Shown here one piece after another: positions 50,565 to 63,362 of a stretch of DNA of 64,000 bases (its first letter is position 1; the number at the start of each line of letters is the position of its first letter). Location: contig NC_134034.1 in NCBI RefSeq assembly GCF_964204645.1, positions 4,171,814 through 4,235,813 of the forward strand. Direction: 5' to 3'. The notes under the pieces were generated by a model, which was not told the origin of the DNA, made no database searches, and worked only from the letters and a program-made list of their open reading frames with translations. The stretch is from Tubulanus polymorphus (taxonomy: Eukaryota; Animalia; Nemertea). The translations under genes were made by a program, and so were the position numbers.

Positions 50565-53500
50565 AACTGCTAGCTCAAGGAAACATTTTCAAACCGATTT
50601 TTTTTAAATCTCTTTTTGAACCATCTCTTCTGTATCATGGTCACGACATCATAATGTCATATGAATGGTAATACCTCCACCATATTTCTATCGCTTCCGA
50701 AACATTTTTCACTCATCGCTCTCTCCACCATCTCGATCTCTCTATACGCCCCCTATTCCCTTTTATCTTCGGCGAAAGGGCATTTAAGATCGCTGGTCCT
50801 AGTCTTTGGAATGCAATTCCTAATCAAGTTTGTCTTACACTGGAATCTTTTAAATCAAATCTTAAAACATATCTTTTTAAACGCAACGATTTCCCATGAT
50901 TTTATCATTAATGATTCCTTATATGTATATATTTATAAGAAAATAAATTATCATTATTATTCTAATTATCACTATTATTACTATCATTATTATTTTTGTT
51001 ATTGTTATTATTACATTCCTTTCCTCTGCCCTCCCTATTTCCCTCGTTTCCGTCCTCTCTCCCTCTCCCTCTACATCCCATATCATCTACTCGCGTATCC
51101 TGCCCCCCACCCCACCCCCTCCATTTCATTAATCCTCCCTTCTGAGTATGAAACGAACGGGGTGACGTCGATAAAACTAAAGCAGAATAAAAATCGAGCG
51201 TTTTGTTGGAAAACGTCGATTTCTGCTTGTCGCGGAAGAATGCGTATTATTTTTACTAGTAGATCCTTCGACGACGTAGAGATTTATATCTGAAGCGATA
51301 ATCAACCCGGCGTTCTAATCGATAAGCTTCGCCTCATCTGTTGCACCTAATAAACTACGTTCTACAGCAGTTCAGCAGCCTAAATTTGATACCCGGATAA
51401 TGCTCGGTTCGTGGGCTTTTTCAACTTTAAAATGGGGGTCGGAACGAAAAGAAACTTCTTTTTTTTGCAGCGGGACCATCCGATTATGAGATGCGGGCCT
51501 GGACATCACTGATAGCACGGATTAAACAGCAGCAAAAACCGCGAATAATGACAAATGTAGATAAATGAATAATAAAGATAATGATGATAATAAATGACAT
51601 CAATAATATTAATGATAAAGATAATCATAGTAATGATATTTATTTCATCACCAATTGAATAGAATACACAATTACAAATGGAATACAAATTACAGACTGA
51701 ACGTAAAGAATTAGTACACTGATGAAGCTGATAGGGCCCCTTAAATATATATGAATAGAACATAGATTAGACATGTTGTTTCTGTAATAATGGATTTCAA
51801 ATTATTTTATTTTCCTGACAGCCATACGCGATTAAGGGCTAACAGGGCGTAGAAGAGAAATCATGCATCTTGCGCAGGTTGAATCACGTTGAGTAAAATC
51901 GTTTTGGAGGTAATCTCGGTTTTATCGATAATCCGATCGTCTATAGAAGATAGAATCTGGGGTTACTATACTGCCCGCAAAAGTTGATGATAGACGGTGC
52001 TTTTCTTTTTTTTTGGTTTACCTTATTTCTTAGCATCAACAAAATTAGCAATAAGTGGTAAACTATGGTATGTAGCCTTCGTTTAGATCGCGTATTCAAC
52101 TCTGTGTGACGTCACACATTACGGCGCCACGACTATACTCCGCTGCCGCGCGTGGACAACCATTCATTTCCATTTCCATCGCTCTTTGACAGGGCAGAAA
52201 AATCTTCACGGATGTTCACGATATGTAACGACGAACAGTACTTTCTTCTGAACAGCGCGCGCTGAGAACCGGTACCCGTAAACCGAGATATATTATACAT
52301 CACTTGACGAACTGTATGGCTACATCATCGCTTCGAGCGCTGTCGGTATTTTTAAATCGCGTTCGCGCGATCAACATTGCTACGGCATTTTTCTTCGATT
52401 CTGGATTATAACGTGGCGTAACTAAACTCCCGAGGAACATCGCAGATTTTAATACCGATAGAAGATATATCCTTTGCGCGTTGAGTTTAAGCGTAGTCGA
52501 TGATCTGTTTCGAATGGCAGCTATTTCAATTCATCGCCCGGCTCTAACGATCTATATCTCGAGAACAATCTATATTTGATATCCGAACTTAATTGTTAAT
52601 CGCATCGAAAGCGTTGCATAAATCGCGAAATGCCCGATGGAAATACAAACAGTTAGGTTAATAGACATACGCGCACTTGTAAAAAGTAAGTACATACCTG
52701 TGAATGGATAAATAAATTGTAAATTAGAAGAAATCAGGGCCGTACACAGGTTGTTGGCACTGCGATGGCGCATTGTGTTGATATCCGTCGGTGTCAGCTG
52801 GTCTGAAAGCTATTTCGATATTGGAAAAGACTTTTTGCTCCCGATTGGAAAAACGGTCACAGGTGCGTCGTGTGATAATACTTAGCGTTCATCGTCAATA
52901 TACTGTTGTCGGGTGTGAAATAGCAATCGGCTTTCTCGGACGGAAAATAATTCGCATTTTCTCTCCCGACCGACCGATACATATATACGTATACGTGTAT
53001 ATGTATATATATATATATATATATATAAGCGCAAATATACCAACACGCCGATTACAAAAGCGTGCGCACGGGTACAGGACGTGAATTTTGCACCATAAAC
53101 CTTTAGAAAAAAAGGGGCATACGTGCACTGTCTGTGTTAGATACATTTTACGAACGGGAACGAGATACATTCGATCGGAACTGGATACACGTGCATCTAA
53201 ACGTAAGAACCGGATACACGCAGTGTCGGATACATTTTCAGATCGGTCGCTTTTCGCGCGCGCAGGGCGGGGTAATTTCAGCGCTAAAAATATCTACATA
53301 TATATATATATTCTAATAACGCGTGAAATGCTCATATTAATTGCTAGATACATTTTATAAACGGTAATTCAACGTTTTCAAATCTTGCATAATACTTTTA
53401 CGAACGAAGACTCGCCGTATGATCCATCATTGTGCAGTAGACACATCTTACGAAGAACGAAAAGCTTGATGAAATATGTTTCTTTTTTTCTGTAAACGCC

Positions 53501-53575
53501 GTTTACGTCATCGAGGTAGATTACTTTTTTCATGCGATTGCGTTTTTTTGACACGTTAACCGAAACTTCAAATCG

Positions 53576-53617
<42 letters not shown>

Positions 53618-53774
53618 TATATACGATTATCGAAGTGAAATACAGCCAGTTCTGATATTTTGTGCTTTGTTGAATATTAAACGCGGCATTTTTCATCTCG
53701 CGCGAGATAAAAATTGAAAGAACACGCTCATCGCTTCCTGATAAATAATCATCGGAATTAATCAGAGCGAGAGT

Positions 53775-53987
53775 ATGATTGAAGTAGGAAGGTTGTCATT
53801 GCTACCGAAAGCGGTCGCTAAGTTGACAGGTTCAGTCGGTTTTCTTGTTCTAACTGTCTCGGCGGCGGCGACAGTGTCCCACCAGGATAGCTATAATAAC
53901 AACGGCAGTAATAATCACAATAACAGTAATTCGGATTCGAAACGAAACGCGTTGAATCAGAACGTTGGTAACGCGCCGTTCAATAAG
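53775..53987 (+). CDS. Probable first coding exon of an unidentified host gene
   Basis: ATG-initiated 71 codons with hydrophobic then Asn/Ser-rich segment, ending at consensus donor AAG|GTAAGA. Confidence 0.45.
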
Positions 53988-56089
53988 GTAAGAATATCGT
54001 TTTTTTACGCTCTCTTTCAAATCGCACTGCGGAAATTGTTCGTATTTTTTTTCAGAATTTTTTCTTTTTCCATCCGAAAATGAGGATTGAACCTGTTTTT
54101 TTTTCTTAGATTTGTATAGATTTCGTTCGATTCGTTTTGATTTGGTGTCTGCCCCTTACAAACCCCACACCGCGCCTGTCGGGATCGACACAGAATATTT
54201 TCTTCCAACAACTAGTAGTTGTTCGTATATTCTGATCAGATTGTCAGAGGCATCTGTTATATTGTATCAGTTACGTTTGCATGACAAACCAAAGCCACCA
54301 GGTTTAGTCGGTGGTGGCGGATACCTAGTTGGGGGAGGGGGGTGGTAGATTTACCTATTTAATTGCCGAAATACTTTTTAAATTTGCCTTGAGACGTATT
54401 CTTATATACTACTAAGTACATTATTGTAAGCTTATACCTTCTTGTCCTGGAAAGGTAGATCCTGGTTTTTTTTTTCGGGAAGCTTTTAGCGAGGGGGTCT
54501 ACTGGCTACTTGTGAAACCCCTGGATTCAACCGTGGTCGTTCACAATTTGATTTCGGACCAATATGAATATTCTTCTTCAAACCGGCGAGCGAGTTGGTC
54601 AGTTACGATCCGTATCTACTTTCGGTTCCGATTAGCGCCATCATACGGGAAAATTTGAAACTGACGCTTCTATCTAAATGTTGCGTGTTCATCATAATAT
54701 GCTCAGTATTTATTTTTGACTTCGTCGCTAAGCAACTCGGTCATACCGGGTAAAATATGTGCGCAAAAACGATGGATCCACAAAATGACGTGTTTATGAG
54801 ATGAGTCCATAACGCGCTAGTCCAAGGCTGATCACAGCGGAGGCGTAACCAGCGTGCGCAGCTTTCCCCTATTTTTGCCGAGCAAACTTTATACATGTAT
54901 ATAAAAAAACTAGCTAGCTGGTTGGTAGCCGCGCGTTACGGAGGATTGAATCTTCGTCACCAAATGAATTAGTTTCTTTCTATTATATTGCAAAAGTACG
55001 CTCGGAATGCACCTCACTGCATCTATTTTCATCTGCCTAAATGGTCGCGCTGGGACGACTTTCATCCTCCCCAATTTTTCGAAATGCCATCCTTGCAATG
55101 TTTCAATCGAAATTGTCGAACGAATTTGATATTTCAAAAAAATTTTCATCGTGAAAAGGTTAAAAAAACGGCGAGATAGAATTTTTCCAATTCATCGCGG
55201 TTAGGAGTAAAAAAGAAAAGAATGCGGTTTCAATTCTGGATTATTCCTCCTAATCCACGAGAGGGTGTCGTCGTGCACAAAGTAGGGACCGTTTCAAAAA
55301 TTATCATATGGTCACGAATACAGCGATTTCTCCGTATAAGAAAGAAAGAAATCGTTTCATTCTCCGCTATTCGTATAGAAGTTCCCAGTGAGGCGGTTCC
55401 ACAGATCCCGCGTTGTTGGACAGATTTTTACACTGGAACCTACGTGACACATAGGCTTGCGGGTGCTTCGTGAATACAGCCCCAGACACTGGAACCTTTA
55501 TCCCGATTTAATGTCGTCCACCTCCCTCGATTTAATTCAGAAACCAAATCGCGCTAATTCAGATGAAATGCTTGTCCGAATATTCACTAATGACGAAACA
55601 TCACTTATTGATTAAGTCGGATTAACCTTAGCGGTTCATCTTTAGCGTATTCATCATTCGTGAAAACAGATAGATTTCAATTGAATTTGTCGAGCAGAAA
55701 TACGGCATCGTTACCCGCATGCACACTAGCGACACGTGGCGGATCCGAGTGGATTCGTCGGTTGCAACAGGTGATCGCGTGGAGTCCGCAATTCGCAACA
55801 ATTTTTTTTTCGAAATATCACGCAACTTGATGGGAATTATCTCAGGTGGAGATGACTGTCAAAAATTTGGCAAGGAAATAGATCATGTTCGATCGGCGAG
55901 CCATACGGACTTTCTTGGTACCGATGGAAAGACAACATCCTGGGGCTTCGGACGCTGGGTGTCGACCTGACAACAGGTGCAGTGTTGCAATAATTGGTCG
56001 TCAAGGTGACGACGGTGCTTTTCTTGTTTCTTAGCATCAACAAAATCAGCAATAACTGGTAAACTATGATATTTAGCCTTAGAATTAAA

Positions 56090-56260
56090 GTGGGTGGAGC
56101 GTTAGTCTCTGGGAAGCCAGGTCGTGGGTTTGAATGTCGTGTGCCCGGGAAAGAAACTTATCCTCATTGCCTCTCTCCGCCCAGGAGTAAATGAGTAGTA
56201 TCTAGTCTGATAGATGACTCCTGAGCGCCTATTAACTGCTCGGATATTACTTCTCCTCAG
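56090..56260 (+). mobile_element. Diverged tRNA-derived SINE with CORE-like central domain
   Basis: GGTGGAGCG..GGGTTTGAAT (A/B-box-like) then GTGTGCCCGGGAAAGAAACTTATCCTCATTGCCTCTCTCCGCCCAGGAGTAAATGAG. Confidence 0.55.
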
Positions 56261-56464
56261 GGAGAGATGACTGATACATGCGGAGTTATAGGAAATGATA
56301 CCGATTTAATTGAAAGTGCCGTCGAACATTGTATCATAGGGCAAAAAGTTTCTATAGTTATAAAACTACTATTATTATGAACTTTTTGAGAAGACTCGAA
56401 GAGTAGATTGCTAGCTAGATTTAGAATGAATAACGAGACGAGTAGGTTGACCATTTATTTGTCG

Positions 56465-56545
56465 CACGAGCATTTGCTACTAACGTATAAAAGCTTCATC
56501 ATTCACCTGATGTTGCATTTAGTAGCGAAAGCTCGTGCGTCGAAT
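56465..56545. repeat. Inverted pair of degenerate hammerhead-bearing repeats
   Basis: 56465-56501 (minus) and 56504-56537 (plus) both resemble the motif at 59154-59194. Confidence 0.55.
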
Positions 56546-57064
56546 AAAAAGTTAACCTATATAGTACTACTTGTCTCGTTAATTATTATACCTTTTCTCT
56601 GCAATTTTACTCTGGTCGTGATAAATCGAGCCGCTGTAACATCTGATTATGTAGATGAAGCGTCAAGATTATCTCGACCTCTTGTTTACAAAAGTCGGAT
56701 TAGTACCGGAGTTGTCTTGGTTTAATGGATAAAAAAATAAACTTCAACCCAGTATGGATAGGGCGCCACCGGTGAGTGCTCGATTATCGCCTCATCTCAC
56801 AACAGCGTGTTAATTAAAGATGAATGACTGTCTATGTTACGAACGGATAGACGGATACAAAGAAAGAAAGAAGAACACATTTCCGAAAGAAAAAATTCAT
56901 ATCGCATCGACAGAACCATCGGTTACTGCATGGGGAAGTTTTTTTCAAATAGGGAAATGAAAAGTACCTGGGATGGGACACTTTTAAGGATGAAAACAGA
57001 AAATGAGCGATGGACAGAGTGATGTGATGAGGAGGAGTGGGAATGGTAGGAGGGAAGACAGCAA

Positions 57065-57067
<3 letters not shown>

Positions 57068-57105
<38 letters not shown>

Positions 57106-58295
57106 AGAGAGGGAGGGAGGGAGGGAGGGAGGGAGGGAGGGAGGGAGGGAGGGAGGGAGGGAGGGAGGGAGGGAGGGAGGGAGGGAGGGGGAAGAGGGGG
57201 AGAGAGGGGGAGAGAGGGGGAGAGAGGGGGAGAGAGGGGGAGAGAGGGGGAGAGAGGGGGAGAGAGGGGGAGAGAGGGGGAGAGAGGGGGAGAGAGGGGG
57301 AGAGAGGGGGAGAGAGGGGGAGAGAGGGGAGAGAGGGGGAGAGAGGGGAGAGAGGGGGGAGAGAGGGGGAGGGGAGGGGGAGGGGGAGGAGGGAGGGAGG
57401 GAGGGGGGAGAGAGGGGGGGGAGAGAGGGGGGGAGAGAGGGGGGGGAGAGAGGGGGAGAGAGGGGGGAGAGAGGGGGGAGAGAGGGGGGAGAGAGGGGGA
57501 GAGAGGGGGGGAGAGAGGGGGGAGAGAGGGGGAGAGAGAGGGGGAGAGAGGGGGAGAGAGTGGGAGAGAGTGGGAGAGAGGGGGAGAGAGGGGGAGAGAG
57601 GGGGAGAGAGGGGGAGAGAGGGGGAGAGAGGGGGAGAGAGGGGGAGAGAGGGGAGAGAGGGGGAGAGAGGGGGAGAGAGGGGGAGAGAGGGGAGAGAGGG
57701 GGAGAGAGGGGGAGAGAGGGGGAGAGAGGGGGAGAGAGGGGGAGAGAGGGGGAGAGAGGGGGAGAGAGGGGGAGAGAGGGGGGAGAGGGGGAGAGAGGGG
57801 AGAGAGGGGGAGAGAGGGGAGAGAGGGGGAGAGAGGGGGAGAGAGGGGGAGAGAGGGGAGAGAGGGGGAGAGAGGGGAGAGAGGGGGAGAGAGGGGGAGA
57901 GAGGGGGAGAGAGGGGGAGAGAGGGGGAGAGAGGGGGAGAGAGGGGGAGAGAGGGGGAGAGAGGGGGAGAGAGGGGGAGAGAGGGGGAGAGGGGGGAGAG
58001 AGAGGGGGGAGAGAGGGGGAGAGAGGGGGAGAGAGGGGGAGAGAGGGGGAGAGAGGGGGAGAGAAGGGGAGAGAGGGGGAGAGAGGGGGAGAGAGGGGGA
58101 GAGAGGGGGAGAGAGGGGGAGAGAGGGGGAGAGAGGGGAGAGAGGGGGAGAGAGGGGGAAGAGAGGGGGAGAGAGGGGGAGAGAGGGGGAGAGAGGGGGA
58201 GAGAGGGGGAGAGAGGGGGAGAGAGAGGGGAGAGAGGGAGAGGGGGGAGAGAGGGGGAGAGAGAGAGAGGGGGAGAGAGAGAGAGAGAGAGAGAG
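57068..58295. repeat. ~1.2-kb polypurine (GA)n/(GGGA)n/(GGGGGAGAGA)n tract
   Basis: Almost exclusively G and A on the plus strand. Confidence 0.97.
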
Positions 58296-59153
58296 TGGTG
58301 AGGGTGGCGAGGAGAGGGACTGAGCAGGACTGATTCCTCTATGAACGACGGGATCTGTACAGTAAATTACGTCAATTCTAAAACTGTGGGAGCTAGAAGC
58401 CTGTCTCTGAAAAAAAACAGAAAGAATAATAACATTGACATTTGCAGGAAACGCCTTTGGAAGTTTTGACGAAGAAATCAGCCGTCGTTTTATCCGACAG
58501 ACTTCATCGGTGACGAAGTGATATTGCTGTCTGTAGATGTAATCCTACAGAAAACTGATATTTCATCCCTCGGTGCATATTCGGTTTCTTTGCCATAACT
58601 GCGCAAGAGAGGGAGAGAGAGACGGCCGCGCGCACACAGAAATTAGAACCAATCCTATGCGGATGGGGATCTACGCTGGCTTGGGTTTCATCGATGTACA
58701 GCTCGACATAAATCCTGTGCGAAGAGAGGAGCGCGACATTACGCGGAACAACTCTTAAATATATATTCTAATCTCAGCGTACAAGAGATACTGGATTAAC
58801 TTGTACATTTGCAGCAGGGCCCAGCTGTTCCGTGTTGTGGTTTAATCTTCTCGGTCTGAATGCGGTTCAACAGTTGAGGGCTCGATTTCAGAGCAGATTC
58901 AGTTCTAAAGGACGTGTGTTGGTTGAACTCGAGACGGAACTTTATACCAACCCAGAGGTTTATCATGACTCCAAGCACACAGTTCCACGGTTTTGCGGGT
59001 TATTTAAGTTGACTCGTGGTATTTAGTTCTCCAGCTTATTTTCAATCCTGAGGTCAATATCTTTCGTCCTGCTTATCCGCCCTCAGATTACCCTTTTGTT
59101 TTATCAATGCAACGGGACGAGTTGAACTATACAGGTTAACTATTTATTTGAGG

Positions 59154-59194
59154 CACGAGCTTTCGCTACTAATGTATAGAAGCTTCTTCAGGTG
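59154..59194 (-). ncRNA. Minimal type I hammerhead ribozyme motif
   Basis: CAC-CTGAAGA-A-GCT..AGC-GAAA-GCTC-GTG on minus strand. Confidence 0.65.
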
Positions 59195-59553
59195 AATAAG
59201 TATAAACAACAGTATTTATAGGCAGACTGATACTAGGTAGAAAGAACTGAGTGAGCAGGGTAATAACAAATAAATTAATGAGTGACAAGATAGCTCCTGT
59301 ATATCATATTATTATATGATCATATTATTTATCTTTATTTTTATCTTTTTTTTAACGAAATATCGAGCACTCAAGAGAAAGTACATTATTGCCTCATACG
59401 TACGTATATACACACGCTACGGTATTAAAGGGTTCGGTTTGAATTTTACTTAAGAGTTGATAAAGCTCATCAAGTTAATTCCGAAAAATAGATTACATGC
59501 GTCTTTTGACCTAAATAGCCGCGAGAGTTTATGAAGATTTGGGTTTTCAAATA

Positions 59554-59558
<5 letters not shown>

Positions 59559-59614
<56 letters not shown>
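59559..59614. repeat. (AT)n microsatellite
   Basis: Pure dinucleotide run. Confidence 0.95.
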
Positions 59615-59617
<3 letters not shown>

Positions 59618-60409
59618 ACGGAGGTCTTCAAAGAAACTAAACTCCAAAACTGCCATGTCATACTAGTAGCGATAGCTGGTGCGTCAAATAAACTAGTTAT
59701 GGAGTACTATTCGTGTCTGTTGTTTTTATCCTACATCCGATTAACACGACTCCTGAACGGATCTTTTGTTTTAGTGCCCCCCTGCAAGGCAGATAACAGC
59801 AATTTTTTTGTATTTCGTAGTTTGATACAGAAAACTCTAACGTCAGTTTCCGACGGTTTTCGGTCACGGGCGGATGCGATCTTTCCGGCGCGTCGCCAAC
59901 TGATTTCTCGACACAGCGATCAAGCGACGAAGCGAGGTGGTACGAGCATTCTCCGCGTTGCTTTTTTATCTTAACCACGAACCGTGTGACCGTGAGGTTC
60001 CGCGATCTTGTTAAATAAACGCGGACAGGGTCGATGTTTTTTGTTTTTACAGCGCAATCGATATGCATTATAGAGCTCAGGTATATGACACTCGTTATCC
60101 GCCTTTAACTGAAATGGATTTTCTAGAGCCCCGCAATGAATATCCATCACATAAACTAGCACGGGAATAAACTAGACTATTGACTTTTCATTTCGGTCTT
60201 TGGTAAGTTGTTATTCTTTTTGGAGAAAACATCGGGGAACCGTAACACCGACAATCCCACCGGATGGCGGGACGAGCAATAGGTCTAACGGTGACAAAAT
60301 TAGTTCATTTCCAATTAACTTTGATTTGGATTTTTAGAATCCCGAATCCCGAATCACAGCACCCACCAGATACATACGTACACTTAATTCATTTTTCTAC
60401 TCAGATATC

Positions 60410-60794
60410 TATGGTGGCTGATTCGGGCCATACTAAAAAATTTTTCTGTAACGCTAAAGCAACGATGAAAAAATTTTCACATTGGCCCGTTTTTTTTTAA
60501 ATTATCTCGCGCGAGGAAAATAAAACATTTTGGTTTTCACGCGTGAGAATTCAAAACTTTTGGTTTTCTCGCGCGAGAAAACAAAAAAATGGGCCATTGT
60601 AAAAAAATTCTATCCAGCTTCTAGCCAGTCAGAAAAATTTTTCAAACCAAAATGTTTGGTTTTCTCGCTCGAGAAAACCAAAAGTTTTAAATTCTCGCGC
60701 GAGAAAACCAAAAAACGGGCTAACGTAAATATTTGTTTATCGTTGCTTTAACCGAAAAGAAATTGTTTTAGTAAGGCCCGAATCAGCCACCATA
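60410..60794. mobile_element. MITE with long TIR nested in a family-X copy at a GATATC site
   Basis: TATGGTGGCTGATTCGGGCC ... GGCCCGAATCAGCCACCATA; GATATC at 60404-60409 and 60795-60800; uninterrupted site in the copies at ~47383 and ~18775. Confidence 0.85.
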
Positions 60795-61742
60795 GATATC
60801 GGTATGGTTTTCATAAATAATTGATTCATTTATTTAAATTTCATTAATTTCAATAAATTGAAATGTAGTTGAAATGGAACACCGAAGACCGACCATCATC
60901 TAGCGACACCTGGCGGATCCTATCAGTGCACAAAGAGGACCCTCATTTGCCACGGGATGGACCATCGCTTACCACAGTAACGTTGGCAGGTGGCTATTGA
61001 ATCTGAGGAATTGAAGTGCTCAAGACAAGAACTAATAGTCGCCTTCACCCGGTGAATCATCACATGCCACAGGTGGAATCCTCCATCGACGCGGTTTTAC
61101 ATCGAGAAGTTCATTTCTACTGCGAAAAATGTCTTTATCAAGTTCTGACAGCGTCGAACTATAAGAAGGGCGAAGTTAAATTGGTCATTGTAAATGTGGC
61201 GCCATTCTCTCTCGCAGAGCGAATTCCACTCGATGATGTCGGTATAGCTATTGAATATTCTCCCCGACAGCCAGATGCCAAACGATAACATGTCAACGAC
61301 GGTCACGTGACTATATACCGCTCTCGATGTGACGAGGTTGATAGTCTAGTGGCAACGTCCTTGACCTTTTTTAAGAAGCGTAGGCTTACGCGACGGGAAT
61401 AATCTATGTCGGGGATCGTGAGTTATAAGCGGAGACGTTTCGAATGCACTTACTTGTCCCTATCGATTTCATTCGGGCGTAACAACCCGATGGCGTGACT
61501 AAAGGACTCGCGTTATAGCCATAATGAGTTAGCTCGAAATAATCTTGGGCCGGAATCGTTCAGAACATTGTGATACAAAACTCTTACGATACACGATTCA
61601 ACTTGTTCAGTATAGTTTATGGATAAATGAATTGATAGGTGATTTCATTTTCCACAAAATAAATATTTGCATTGTCAAAAACAGTTTTGTTAATGGTTTA
61701 GTACACGATATGAATTGATGTCAGATTTGTAAATGACAAGTT

Positions 61743-61783
61743 CACACACACACACGCACGCACGCACGCACGCACGCACGCAT

Positions 61784-61821
<38 letters not shown>

Positions 61822-61824
61822 ACA
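61743..61824. repeat. (CA)n/(GCAC)n compound microsatellite
   Basis: Direct observation. Confidence 0.95.
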
Positions 61825-63014
61825 GTCATGAATAATGTCCAAAAGTGGTCCTCAATCTTATGACTGGTCTTACGTCGTTAGATTGGTTATAGACTTAAGT
61901 TGACCTAAGACTGGTCTTACGTCTAAGCCGCGACTATGCAACTGGCCCCTGGAGATTTAACAGCAGTAGCAGTAGCAGGAGCCGCCGCACCAACAGAGAC
62001 CAGTTTCACAAACATTATCAATTGTACACAGGAAACTAGAAGATTGCCATAAGCGAGTATTCATTAATTTGCTTTAGGAACTGACCCTAGTACAGACTAG
62101 AACTATCTGAAAATATGCGTAGGATACGTTATCTATTGTCGACTTAACGACTCAGTTTGCACAATTGACATTGATTGACAAGACACGTAAATATGATGCG
62201 ACTTTAGAACGAAAATGGAAGCGCTGAAGACTATCAATAATAAGGTTGATTTATTTCAATTCTATTAACATGCACGGTTACGAAGGTTATTCTTATAAAC
62301 GAAATTTGAACTCGTTTTTCCGACTTCCAAATACGAAATTATCAAACGAGTCATCGGGTAGATATAAGATTAACCTATCTCACTAGGCGTGTGGTATCAC
62401 TGGAAATTGATTAAGTAACGCAAAAAGTTGATTCTAGTTTATTCAAAATATGTAAAGATATTGAAACGCGGTAACAGTGCCACTAGCGATCCTGGCGGAT
62501 TATCACTGAACTCTCGCTTCCCTCGGTAGCGGTCCCTCTATGCCGGTATTCCTTTCAGCCATAATAAACTATTTCAGATGTATCTTCACGTGGAATCTTG
62601 ATTGCCACGGTAGCGTTGGCAGGGGCCGCATTTATTAGCGAAGGGGCATTTTCCCATTCAAAATCTGCCAAACGCGTGGGCCGAGAAATGTAGGAGTGTC
62701 TGTAGATAATGTAGGATACGCTACGCGTCAAAAATATTTTTTGAAACAATTTTTCAAACTCAGCTCGCTTTGGGATATGAAAAAAGGCCTACAACAGCGA
62801 AATACCCACCATCGAGAGTTTAATAATGGATGATCGGTTTTAATGTTTAATCGGCTGTGAATAGAGGGAAAGCTCGCCCCGAGCTCGTTTCTAAGCACGT
62901 CGTCGTCATGACGTAATCAATGCGTAGCTATCTACGTATCTATCTATCTAGCTATCCGCAAAGACGCCGTACGAAATCTCTTCAAAACATGAAATAATGC
63001 TACACACGCATCGA

Positions 63015-63362
63015 GGGAGATATCGAAATGAATCCCACTATGAGTTCAGCCAAAAAATGATAAGTTGGCGACGTTTCGGCTGAATACCGGCGCACCGAAA
63101 ACAAAATGAAATTATTTTTGGAAATTACAGAATATTTGTACAAGAATCAGACAATATGATAGAGATTAAAGGATGAAGATTAAAGTAATCAAACAAAAAA
63201 AACCCCAGAAAAACAAAGGAAGAAAACAGTGAAGTTATCGGCAAAGTGGGGGTAATATAATGTAAGTTGAAGTGATCTGAAAACTAAGCCCGAAACTATC
63301 TGTAGTTGGGATTTCTCTCGTTATTCATCTAACAGGGACATCGTGGATCTTCTCGACTCGTC
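63015..63362. mobile_element. Two oppositely oriented fragments of the hammerhead-bearing repeat family
   Basis: 63030-63085 minus strand GCCGAAACGTC...GTGGGATT; 63305-63360 GGGATTTCTCTCGT...ATCTTCTCG matches 49606-49655. Confidence 0.55.

Noticed and set aside
50661-51293. 210-aa ORF
   Set aside because: Low-complexity Tyr/Pro tracts from simple repeats; no domain
57003-58333. 432-aa and 257-aa G/E/R-rich ORFs
   Set aside because: Artefact of a purine tract that cannot encode stops
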